Below, piece after piece: positions 1 to 8,156 of a DNA stretch of 20,000 bases (its first letter is position 1; each line of letters opens with the position of its first letter). Under the pieces are notes generated by a model, which saw only the letters and a list, made by a program, of their open reading frames with translations, was not told the origin of the DNA and searched no databases. The position numbers and the translations under genes are program-made. The DNA is from an uncultured Gemmatimonadota bacterium (GTDB lineage Bacteria > GCA-2686955), in the NCBI GenBank assembly GCA_964490075.1, contig CAZBBK010000027.1, forward strand, positions 49,536 to 69,535. The letters run 5' to 3'.

Positions 1-585
1 CGCGATGTTGTCCGTGAAGCGACAGTTGATGATCGCCAGGCTCTCATCCTCGGCCACCGTGCCGCGCACCAGCACGCCGCCCCCCGAAGTCAGGCTCTCG
101 TTGCCAACGATCTGGCACCATTCGATTCGCGGCCGTGCCCCGCGCTGCACCTCAACTCCGCCTCCGTACCAACCCAGGCCGCCGGTGAGGGTCAGGCCGG
201 AGATGGTCGATTGCAGGCCGCTGTCGAACACCTCCAGAACCGGAGAGGAGCGCTCGGCGTCGATCACCGTGGCGGCGACCGTCGCGGAGTCGCGCGGAGC
301 GGTGCCGGTCAGAAAGACTTGCGGTTCGTCCAGACGGAGGCCGGCCTCGCGGTAGGTGCCGGGCGCGACCAGGACGGTATCCAGATCGCAGGCCACGGCG
401 ATCGCCTCCGCGATCGTGGCGTAGTCGCCCGGAACGCGAATCGTGTAGTCCTGCGCCGGGGTGTCGCAGCCGATCCCCTGGCTTCCCATGTCGCTTCCCC
501 CCTCGCCGGTGCCCAGGCAAGGAGAGGAGGCCGCGAGCGAGACATCGTTGGGTTCTACGCATGTAGCATCACAGAATCTCGGATT
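1..585 (-). CDS. Continuation of the beta-helix protein: end of domain 1 and start of a second beta-helix domain, running off the window edge
   Basis: Open frame not in the ORF track, read by hand: NPRFCDATCVEPNDVSLAASSPCLGTGEGGSDMGSQGIGC, then YTIRVPGDYATIAEAIAVACDLDTVLVAPGTYRE...DSATVAATVID...ISGLTLTGG...GGGV, which repeats the domain-1 cap. No stop before position 1. Confidence 0.85.
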
Positions 586-1817
586 GACCCGATATTGCCT
601 TCACCGGGCCATCCACCGGCGATGTCACTGTGGTGGACGGTCACCGTAAAGAGGTAGCCCGCGGATGCGAATCGGGGACCGTTGGCCCAGGCGATGCAGC
701 TGGACAGGGTGGCGCTGCTATACGATCCCGACAACACGTCACCGCGATAGTCGGCGCGGTTGCCAGCGAGGCTGCAATGGTCCATCGAGATCCATCCGCC
801 ATTGTCGAACTCCCCGACAGAGGCGACGCCTCCCTCGGAAGCAGCATGGTTGGCGAGCAGCGTACAGCGGGTCAACGTGACCGCCGCCAAGCAGAGCAGG
901 GCTCCACCATCGTCCTCGGCGCGATTGCCGACCAGGCGGCTGTCGTCGATCACCGGGTTCCCGTCGTTGAAGTGGAACCCGCCCCCATCCTCCGCCGTGC
1001 ACCCCACGATCTCGCAGTCGATGATCTCCGGTGAGGAATCGTAGCCGGCCCCCGCCCCTCCTTTCAGGGCCTGGTTGCCACGCAAGGAGCAGGCGAGCAC
1101 CGACCCGGCGCTCTCGTAGGTCCACGCGATGCCGCCGCCCAGGCCGTCGGCGCGGTTGGAATCGACCACGCAGCTCACCAGCTCGGGATCGGAGAGCCAG
1201 AACGAGGCGACTCCTCCCCCGGCAAAGGCCTCGTTGTCGTTGATCGCACAGCGGCGGATCGCGGGCGCCGACCAGTCGCAATGGATCCCGCCGCCCTCGT
1301 GGTCGGCGCTGTTACTCTCGATGCGGCAGTCCTCGATCAGCGGCGCCGCCAGGTAACACCGGATGCCGCCTCCGTGGGTGGCGGAGCGGTTGTCGCGAAC
1401 GAAACAGCGGCGAATGCGCGGCAAGGAGTCGGGGCGGCAGGTGATGCCGCCGCCGCGCGCGGTGTAGAGCGCCGCGTGGCCACCGGTAATCGTGAGCCCG
1501 TCGAGAACGCTTGTGCTGTCCTCGAGCGCGTGGAAGTAGAACACGCTGCCCTCGCCCCCGGCATAAACCACGGTGGCGGCCACCACCGCGGAATCGCCCG
1601 GATCGGTGCCGGCGACGGCGATGGCGCGGCCCCCGAAGTCGATCTCGCGCTCGAAGTAAGTCCCCGGCTGCACCAGGACCGTGTCGCCGTCGGCGGAGGC
1701 GTCGATGGCGGCCTGGATCCGGTCATGGTCCCCCGGAACGTGGATCGTCTCCGCGACGCCCCTGCCCGGGACGACGATCATCAGCGTGGCGATGGCAGCG
1801 GCGGCCCCGAACCTCAT
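555..1817 (-). CDS. Secreted right-handed parallel beta-helix (pectin-lyase-like fold) repeat protein, N-terminal part; probably continues past a frameshift at ~588 into 1..585
   Basis: ATG at 1817 preceded by AAGGAG; signal-peptide-like MRFGAAAAIATLMIVVPGRGVA; cap motif TIHVPGDHDRIQAAID...GDTVLVQPGTY; repeated GGGI-x-C and NxAxxxGGG turns; ends GWPGEGNI just before the frame breaks. The ORF-track extension to 1964 is unlikely to be coding. Confidence 0.85.
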   Translation of the reverse strand: MRFGAAAAIATLMIVVPGRGVAETIHVPGDHDRIQAAIDASADGDTVLVQPGTYFEREIDFGGRAIAVAGTDPGDSAVVAATVVYAGGEGSVFYFHALEDSTSVLDGLTITGGHAALYTARGGGITCRPDSLPRIRRCFVRDNRSATHGGGIRCYLAAPLIEDCRIESNSADHEGGGIHCDWSAPAIRRCAINDNEAFAGGGVASFWLSDPELVSCVVDSNRADGLGGGIAWTYESAGSVLACSLRGNQALKGGAGAGYDSSPEIIDCEIVGCTAEDGGGFHFNDGNPVIDDSRLVGNRAEDDGGALLCLAAVTLTRCTLLANHAASEGGVASVGEFDNGGWISMDHCSLAGNRADYRGDVLSGSYSSATLSSCIAWANGPRFASAGYLFTVTVHHSDIAGGWPGEGNIGSIRDSVMLHA

Positions 1818-1881
1818 CGCGATCTCCTTTCGCCGGTAGCGCTCGCGCCTGATGGTGCAAGGGTAACTCGCCGGGCAGCAT

Positions 1882-1899
1882 CTGTACCGACCGGTACAG
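1882..1899. promoter_or_regulatory. Perfect palindrome CTGTACCG-AC-CGGTACAG in a divergent intergenic region; candidate operator
   Basis: 8-bp arms with a 2-nt spacer, between the divergent starts at 1817 (-) and 2035 (+). Confidence 0.5.
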
Positions 1900-2034
1900 C
1901 GATCGCCCCCCAGCGAACACCATCCCCCCCGGCGCCGCCGCCGCAACTCCCGCGGCCCGGCCAAGGGCGCCCAGGAACAGTACTTGCACGGCTATCTCTG
2001 TTGGCCCGATTCCACCCCTGCCTCGGAGAACCCG

Positions 2035-3483
2035 ATGAGACACCCGGCCTCGCACTCTGTGCCCCTCGCCTTCGTCGCCCTCCTCTCGTCCGCGCCCGCG
2101 CCCGCCCCGGCCAGCGAGCTGATCGACCTGCGCCTGCCCTCGCAGGCGACCGGCGGCGGTACCTTGGCGCTGCGGGTCTACACACCCGATCCCGGCGCCG
2201 AACGCTATCCCTCCGGCGCCCCGGTGCTGGTCAGCGTGCCGGGCGGCTGGGATAGCGGCAATCTGCGCGGCCTGGACGCGGTGCTGGAGCACGGTGTCGC
2301 GGTGGTGGCTTTCCTCTTCCCCGGCGGCTCCTGGAACGGCATCGAGTCGGACGGCGTCTACGACACTCGCGGGCCCCTGTGCAACCAGGCGCTCGCCGAA
2401 GTGATCTCCTTCGCGCTGGGGACCAAGACCGAGTCCGGCGGCCAGACCATCGACGAGGTGGTCTCGGCCGAGTTCGACCTGAACGTGGTCGGCATCGGCG
2501 CATCGAGCAACGGCGGTCCGGTCACCGCCGCCGCGCTCGGCCGCTATGGAGATCAGCTCGACGGACTCGGCTTTTTCGCCGGCTGGGAGAACCCGACCTC
2601 GGCGCAGGTGCTGGGGATGGACTTCGGTCCCCACGACTGCGACCCGCGCGACGGCGACGGCAACGGCAACGATGCCGACGACCACCGCACCGACGCCTAT
2701 GTCGCCTACGGCTTCCCGACCTGCGAGTTCGATCTCGAGGGCCTGACCTGGGATCCGGACGTGATCTGGCAGGACGGACGCCATGTGCGGCAGGGCGCGC
2801 TCTACCTGGAGCGTGGCGCCAACGGCTCCTACGACGTGGTCGACCGCTTCGGCTGCATCTCCGGCGATCTCGACGACTCCGGCGTGCTGGAGCCGGACGA
2901 GGACCAGGCCATCCCCGCCCTCTTCCACGACGACCAGGGCCAGCCCCAACCCTTGCGTTACTACTCCCCCACAGTGCTGCGCGCCGCCCTCGCCCAGGGC
3001 AGCTTCGACGCCACCGGCTGGCCGCCCTTCGTCGCCACCCTCGGCGAGGCGACCGGCTTCTGGTTCCACCGCGACGCCACCCAGCACTACGCCGCCATGG
3101 CCGCCAAACTGCCCGCGCTGGGGGGCATCCTGGTCTTCTCGGAGCAGGACCACGTGCAGATCACCCCCGACCGGGTGCATATCCACCACACCTACGACGG
3201 TTTCCGCGACGGCGGCCTGTGGTGTCGCCTGAACCCCGACGCGAACTATGTCGCCATCACCGCCCCCGGCGTACCCTTCGGCGATCTGCCCGACACCCCC
3301 GCCAACGCCGAGGTCGCCGACTGGACCGTCGGCGCCGGCTTCGCGCTGCCCGAGCACGCCGCGCTGAGCTCATCGGCGGCGCTGGCCGCGGCGGTGCTGG
3401 AGCTGGCCGACCGCACCCACCGCGGCGACTGGTCGGACGACCTGGGACGCGGCCGGCACGCGGTGGTGGGGCGGCGGCGCTAG
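2035..3483 (+). CDS. Secreted hypothetical protein, probable alpha/beta-hydrolase fold with acidic Ca-binding-like loops
   Basis: ATG 2035 with GGAG upstream; signal peptide; GAPVLVSVPGG oxyanion-like segment; VGIGASSNGG nucleophile-elbow-like motif; DGDGNGND and GDLDDSG loops; strong GC3 bias. Confidence 0.7.
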   Translation: MRHPASHSVPLAFVALLSSAPAPAPASELIDLRLPSQATGGGTLALRVYTPDPGAERYPSGAPVLVSVPGGWDSGNLRGLDAVLEHGVAVVAFLFPGGSWNGIESDGVYDTRGPLCNQALAEVISFALGTKTESGGQTIDEVVSAEFDLNVVGIGASSNGGPVTAAALGRYGDQLDGLGFFAGWENPTSAQVLGMDFGPHDCDPRDGDGNGNDADDHRTDAYVAYGFPTCEFDLEGLTWDPDVIWQDGRHVRQGALYLERGANGSYDVVDRFGCISGDLDDSGVLEPDEDQAIPALFHDDQGQPQPLRYYSPTVLRAALAQGSFDATGWPPFVATLGEATGFWFHRDATQHYAAMAAKLPALGGILVFSEQDHVQITPDRVHIHHTYDGFRDGGLWCRLNPDANYVAITAPGVPFGDLPDTPANAEVADWTVGAGFALPEHAALSSSAALAAAVLELADRTHRGDWSDDLGRGRHAVVGRRR

Positions 3484-3492
3484 CGGCGCGTC

Positions 3493-4855
3493 TCACTCCC
3501 GGGCCGTCAGCGGAATCGGGAGCGCGTGGGCCGCAAGGAGTCGCGCGGGGGCGGTCTGGCCGCTGAAGAAGGGAACGACCTGGAGGACCGACCGGCTGCC
3601 CTTCTTGCCGGTGAAGACCGCCGCCTCATGCCCCAGAAGGGCGGCGCCGCTCGCGAGCACTTCGTACGAGGGCTCGCCCTCCATGCCGACCCCCGGCCCC
3701 AATCTCACCGGCTGCTCCGGCCGGGAAATATCGAGGATTCCCAACACCCCCCGGAGCGCGAGCACCTGACCAGGCGCGAAGGGGAAGAACCGGGTGTCGG
3801 GCGAGCGACCGCGACCGGGTCTTTCCAGGTAGGCAAGCCGGCCGACGAGCTCAGTCTGGCCGGGGCCGAGAATCCGCCGAATCTCGGAGACACCGCTTCC
3901 GGAGCCGTGGTGGGGGTCCGAGCCGTAGGCGACGACGACGAGCGTATCCAGGATTGCCAGGTCGCGCGGAGTGTCGCGATAGATCAGCTCCTTCAGAACC
4001 GGCAGGGTCGGGTCACTGATGTCGAGAGACCACCGGCTGCCGGGCGCTCCCGACGGGTCGGCGGGACACTGCCCGAGAACCCAGAGCGAGCCATCTCGAA
4101 TGCGCAGACCATGACCACGACGTCGGAGGCGCACCATTCGGACGAGATGTCCAGCTCACCGATCTCGGGCCGCGGACCCGCGACGGCACTGAAGTCCAGT
4201 ATCCGGATCCGCTCGTACTCGATTTCGTCCCATGGATGCTGTCCGCCACGAGATCGCACCACCGCGCGCCCGCCCGCGAGTGTCGCCACGCACGCCTCTC
4301 CCGGCTCGAGCCAGATCGACGAGACCGGGGTGTCGGATCCCGCGCCCCGGGCGCGCAGGATCTGCGACTGCATCGGCATCAAGTGATTGTGGTGGTCGGC
4401 CGAGATCAACAAGGGCGCACCGAGAGAAATCGTGCCGCGCCAGATGAAGTCCTCGAGTGAATCGTTGCGCACCGGAATGGGCGCGAGGGGTTCGGCGATG
4501 TCGAGCAGGTGGGGCTCCGGTGGGGTGCCTGTGCGAACAGCGATGTAGGGTCGCCGCGAATCGCGACTGAGCGCGCCATCGGGACCGGCCGCCCGACGCT
4601 CGATCAGGGTCGCGGCGAGAAGGGGATCGGCCGGGTCGGAGCCGGATCGACCAGGGTCAACCCGCGAATTTCACTCGGTAGAGCGATCTCCGCCATCACG
4701 GGAAGATCCCGGGGAGTGTCGATATCCACGGCCAAGACACCGGCGGACGCGGCCATGTATGCCAGCCCGCCAACCACAGCGATCTCTGCGCCCTCTTGGC
4801 CTCTGAGGCCTCCGCGGTTCATTCCCCGTTGGTCGATGAAACCAAAAAAGTAGAG
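3493..4855 (-). pseudogene. LVIVD-repeat (beta-propeller-like) protein split over three frames, with no clear N-terminus
   Basis: Repeat motifs in successive frames: EIAVVGGLAYMAASAGVLAVDIDTP (4604-4822 frame); HLLDIAEPLAP and IRILDFS (3993-4670 frame); WSLDISDPTLP and GILDISRPEQP (3493-4137 frame). Frames join if one base is added at ~4643 and ~4115. Confidence 0.65.
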
Positions 4856-6211
4856 TCAGATATCGAGACGATAAAGGGCGAGTGGCAGCGGCTCCAGGGG
4901 GACTCCGCCGATCTTCCCGCTGTGCCGAGTGCGGGCCCAGATGCGGGCGTTGTCGTATTTGCGGATCTGCTTCAGATCTTTGGGGCGGATCTGGTGGCTC
5001 CACTTGACCTCGATGGGCCAGAATCGTTCGTTTCGCACATAGGCCACGTCGACCTCTCCCTCCGCCTTGATGTAGTAGGTGGGGTGTAAGCGGCGAATGT
5101 GGGAGGCCACGGTGGCCTCGACGAGGACGGGTGATAGGGACGGATCATTGGCGGTGACGCCGGGCGCGCTCGATCGGCCGAGCCAGTCGGCGAGCGCATG
5201 GAAGATGAAGGGGTCGGTGAAGGCAACTTTTCGGGCCTTCTTGGGAGCACCTTGGAGCCTGTGCTCGAGCAGAGCCGGCTGAACAAACACGACGTCGAGG
5301 GCGACGAGTGCGTCGATGTAGTACGCGACGGTCTTGGGATGGTCGATGGAGAGCTCTCTCGCCAAGGCGTTCCAGGACACCTGGCTGCCCATGCGGCGAA
5401 CGATCGCGCCGATCACTTCGCGCAGGTAGGGCTCGCTCTTGCCGCGTTTGAGCATGTCGCCGCGGATCCAGTCGCTGTAGGTGGCGAGGGTCGAAGGCGT
5501 GATTCGGCCGGAACGGGCCATGTCGTTGATGGCGGTCAGGAAGCCGCCGTGCAGGAGGTAGCGATCGAGCTCGCGGAAGAGGAGGTCCAGCAGAGGCGGC
5601 GAGGGGTTGGCGGAGGCGGGGTCTCCCGGAAGCCCGGTTCCGCTCGATGCCTTCAGATCGACCGCTTCTCTGAAGCTCAGCGGATGGAGCTCGAAGTCCA
5701 CCCGGTCGGACGCGCCGCGTCGCCCGGGGAAGCGCATTCGAGCCTCTTTGACGTAGCCGAGATCGGAGCCGGTCAGCATCAGGGCGACGCGTTCGAGCAG
5801 GCCGGCGTCGGCTGCGTACTTGACGGCGCGATCCCAGTTCTTGATGTAGGTGACCTCGTCGATCACGAGGAATGAAAGGGGGGCGAGCTCGAGACGCGAC
5901 ACCCAGTCCTGCAGCAGGCGCGCCAGGGTGTGGTGATCGTCGATCAACTCGCCGGTGAGATAGGCAATCGACTCGGCTGGAATGCCTCGCTCCAGCAGCG
6001 CCGCCATCCAGAGCTTCAGGAGGGTGGTCTTGCCGACCTGGCGGCCGCCGCCCAGGGTATAGATCCCAGGGATCGAGGCAGGGAGCTCTCGCAAGATGGC
6101 GGGTTGGTGAATGTGCTCCTGTGCGGCGAGGAGGCGGAGCTGGGGATCGTTTTCGCGGAATCGCCCGGGCTGGGTCAGGTGGGAATTGTGGGGGGCGAAG
6201 CGAGTGTCCAT
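4856..6211 (-). CDS. ATP-binding protein, AAA_14 + DUF4143 type (COG1373-like), with C-terminal PD-(D/E)XK-like motif
   Basis: Walker A GGRQVGKT, Walker B LVIDEV, LTGS motif, YLLHGGF, KKARKVAFTDP, C-terminal EVDV...IEVK; 451 aa. Confidence 0.9.
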   Translation of the reverse strand: MDTRFAPHNSHLTQPGRFRENDPQLRLLAAQEHIHQPAILRELPASIPGIYTLGGGRQVGKTTLLKLWMAALLERGIPAESIAYLTGELIDDHHTLARLLQDWVSRLELAPLSFLVIDEVTYIKNWDRAVKYAADAGLLERVALMLTGSDLGYVKEARMRFPGRRGASDRVDFELHPLSFREAVDLKASSGTGLPGDPASANPSPPLLDLLFRELDRYLLHGGFLTAINDMARSGRITPSTLATYSDWIRGDMLKRGKSEPYLREVIGAIVRRMGSQVSWNALARELSIDHPKTVAYYIDALVALDVVFVQPALLEHRLQGAPKKARKVAFTDPFIFHALADWLGRSSAPGVTANDPSLSPVLVEATVASHIRRLHPTYYIKAEGEVDVAYVRNERFWPIEVKWSHQIRPKDLKQIRKYDNARIWARTRHSGKIGGVPLEPLPLALYRLDI

Positions 6212-6245
6212 GGATGCATAATAGCTATTGAATAAATTTGGTCAA
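6212..6245 (-). promoter_or_regulatory. Sigma70-type promoter, probably leaderless, for the ATPase
   Basis: Minus strand reads TTGACC (6245-6240), 16 nt, TATTAT (6223-6218), 6 nt, ATG (6211); AT-rich patch; no Shine-Dalgarno. Confidence 0.65.
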
Positions 6246-6641
6246 TCGCCATTCCTGAGCCAACGCCAGTTGCCAAACCCTCCGTAGGCCCCCATATCCG
6301 AGCGGGGGCCGTTTGCACACCAGTGCGGCCAACGCGGAAAAGCGTCGGAGAGCCGATCCTGGACGCTGGGATCCCCCGCGTCGATACAGGGGGAGCCGGA
6401 CCCGAGCAGATGATCGTGTCCCCAGCGCGTACGATGAAGCGGATCTGCGTCGATGTTGCCGGCTCCATGGTAGCCGCCCGCCACATTGCTGTAGATGATG
6501 AGGGGCTCGCCCGAGTAGGGGTGCTCGAGGAAGACCTCGCCCGGTTCGTTCCCCCAGAGGACGCAGTTCCGGAAGATCGGTGTCCCTCGCCAGTAGTCGT
6601 AGAGAGCTCCTCCCACGCTCTCCGCCACGTTTTCGGTCAGG
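6242..6641 (-). pseudogene. C-terminal fragment of a parallel beta-helix repeat protein, truncated at its 5' end
   Basis: LTENVAESVGGALY...FRNCVLWGN...YSNVAGGYHGAGNIDADP...GSPCIDAGDP...RSDMGAYGG is the usual tail of this family (compare GEGNI..NPRF..SPCLGTG..SDMG in the left gene). No N-terminal cap or signal peptide; recognisable coding begins at the inverted repeat at 6639. Confidence 0.8.
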
Positions 6642-6748
6642 GACTCGGTTTGACAATGGGCGCTCAACTTGAAGCCCAAGCCCCCCGAAACCGGCCCCTT
6701 TCGGTCATCTGGCGCGCCGGGACCGGGGAGATGTCAAACCGAGTCCCT
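6639..6748. repeat. 110-bp element bounded by perfect 17-bp inverted repeats (MITE- or REPIN-like)
   Basis: AGGGACTCGGTTTGACA (6639-6655) and TGTCAAACCGAGTCCCT (6732-6748) are exact reverse complements; a further partial copy TGTCAAA lies at 6763-6769. Confidence 0.8.
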
Positions 6749-6821
6749 CTCCGTGTGCGGAGTGTCAAATCCAACCGCTCTCCGCGTGAGGGAGGCGCGG
6801 CGGTGGCTCGCGCGCCCTCCT

Positions 6822-8114
6822 CTACTGCGAAACCCCCGCGAGCTGCAGCTCCTTCATCAGCTCCTCGAGGCGCTCGCCCTTGGCGCGGCCGTCCAGCTCG
6901 CCGCTGATCATCTGCACCCAGGCGAGCAGGAAGGGTGCGGCCGGCACCAGGCGCACCGCGTGCATCGACTGCGGCGACTGGATGCTGGAGCTCAGGTGGA
7001 TCGCCGGCAAGTGGCGCAGGTTCTCCGGGATCGCCTCTTTGCGGAAGCCGCGCCGGTCGCGCTCCAGAAGCACGAAGCCGCCGCGCTTGAGCTGCACCAT
7101 CACGCAGCTGTTGGCCCGCCCCTTGACCGTCGCCCCCAGCCACTGGAAGAGCCGCCCCATCTCGGCGATCGGCGGATCGCCGGAGCGCGCCAGGTCGCCG
7201 GCGATGGCGCTCATCACCCACGAAGGAAGGCCGCTGGGACCGTCGTGCAACGCCACGCCGTGCAGGCGCCGCAGCACGTCCTGGGCATGGTCGAGATCGA
7301 CCGCGCCGACCCGGCAGGCCACCGCCCCGCGCGCCACCGCGGTCCAGACCTGCGAGCGGGTCGCCTCGGTGAGCAGCAGGCCCACGGTGTGCGAGAGGCG
7401 CCCGCCGCGGCGCCGGTCGGGCAGCACCGCGTCGACGCCCGACTCCCAACCGGCCACGAAGGCGCAGACCAGCGAGGCCCGCCCCAGGGCGCGCGGCGAG
7501 TCGATGCGCCGCGCCCGCAGCCCGTGGTCGGTCGCCAGGTCGTCGATCAGCTCGGCGACGAAGGGGTCCTCGACCCACAGCGCCACCTGCGGCGACCCGT
7601 CGGAGCTGCCGGCCAGCGAGCGCCGCGAGGATTCCTTGACGACCGGGCCGCGCGCCTTCCGCCACCGCTTCCAGCGCGACAGCGAGCTGCGGCCCAGCGC
7701 GTAGCCGAGCCCCAAGAAGGCGAGCGCGGCGATCGCCAGCAGCGGCCACCTGCTGCGCAGCTGCTCGGTGTAGGTGGTGGCACCCCGGTCGGGATCGAAA
7801 TCTACGTCGAAAGGCAGATCGAGGGCGCTGCGCACGGCGGTGTCGGAGCGGGCGTGGGCGCGCAGCGCCGGGTCCTGGGGCTCCGCGACCGGCTCCGGCG
7901 GGGTGAGGTACTCGAGGCCCAGACGGCCGACCGGGTCCTCGTCGATGAAGCCGTCGAAGGTGGGGGCCGATTCGGAGTAGGGCGCGTGCGCGGTGGTCTC
8001 CTGTGCTGCGCAAGGTGCCGCCAGAGGCAGCATCACCAGCACCGGGGCTAAGCGCAAGAGCCGGCGGCGAAGGGCGGACCGCCCTCTATGCCAAGCGACT
8101 TCCCCAACAATCAT
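6822..8114 (-). CDS. Hypothetical membrane protein: signal-like segment, acidic linker, one TM helix, cytoplasmic region with a possible degenerate receiver-like domain (start uncertain, 8034-8153)
   Basis: Long ORF with coding-like GC3; LAPVLVMLPLAAPCAA; TM WPLLAIAALAFLGLGYAL followed by basic RWKRWRK; VALWVEDPFVAELIDDLATDHG resembles receiver beta1-alpha1. Confidence 0.65.
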   Translation of the reverse strand: MIVGEVAWHRGRSALRRRLLRLAPVLVMLPLAAPCAAQETTAHAPYSESAPTFDGFIDEDPVGRLGLEYLTPPEPVAEPQDPALRAHARSDTAVRSALDLPFDVDFDPDRGATTYTEQLRSRWPLLAIAALAFLGLGYALGRSSLSRWKRWRKARGPVVKESSRRSLAGSSDGSPQVALWVEDPFVAELIDDLATDHGLRARRIDSPRALGRASLVCAFVAGWESGVDAVLPDRRRGGRLSHTVGLLLTEATRSQVWTAVARGAVACRVGAVDLDHAQDVLRRLHGVALHDGPSGLPSWVMSAIAGDLARSGDPPIAEMGRLFQWLGATVKGRANSCVMVQLKRGGFVLLERDRRGFRKEAIPENLRHLPAIHLSSSIQSPQSMHAVRLVPAAPFLLAWVQMISGELDGRAKGERLEELMKELQLAGVSQ

Positions 8115-8156
8115 TCCTCGGACTTTCTGGCGCACGAAATTGCTCACTCCCAAGGG

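Noticed and set aside
1882..1899. LexA/SOS box reading of CTGT...ACAG
   Set aside because: Spacer is 10 nt and GC-rich, not the 8-nt AT-rich spacer of the E. coli-type box.
1723..3357. 544-aa minus-strand ORF, and similar long ORFs at 8088-9587, 8179-10647, 12306-14108, 12310-14532 and 14803-16293
   Set aside because: Antisense or off-frame shadows of motif-bearing genes, expected in high-GC DNA; no recognisable motifs.
3440..3483. Possible extra-G frameshift at the end of the 2035 gene (DDL-GRG versus DDL-DAA)
   Set aside because: Cannot be supported without a homolog alignment; the ORF ends normally at TAG.
6650..6769. TTGACA hexamers in the repeats as promoters
   Set aside because: No -10 box at 16-18 nt spacing for any of the three copies.
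8128..8144. Sigma54-like TGGCGC...TTGCT
   Set aside because: GG to GC spacing is 11 nt rather than 10, and it points antisense to the neighbouring genes.
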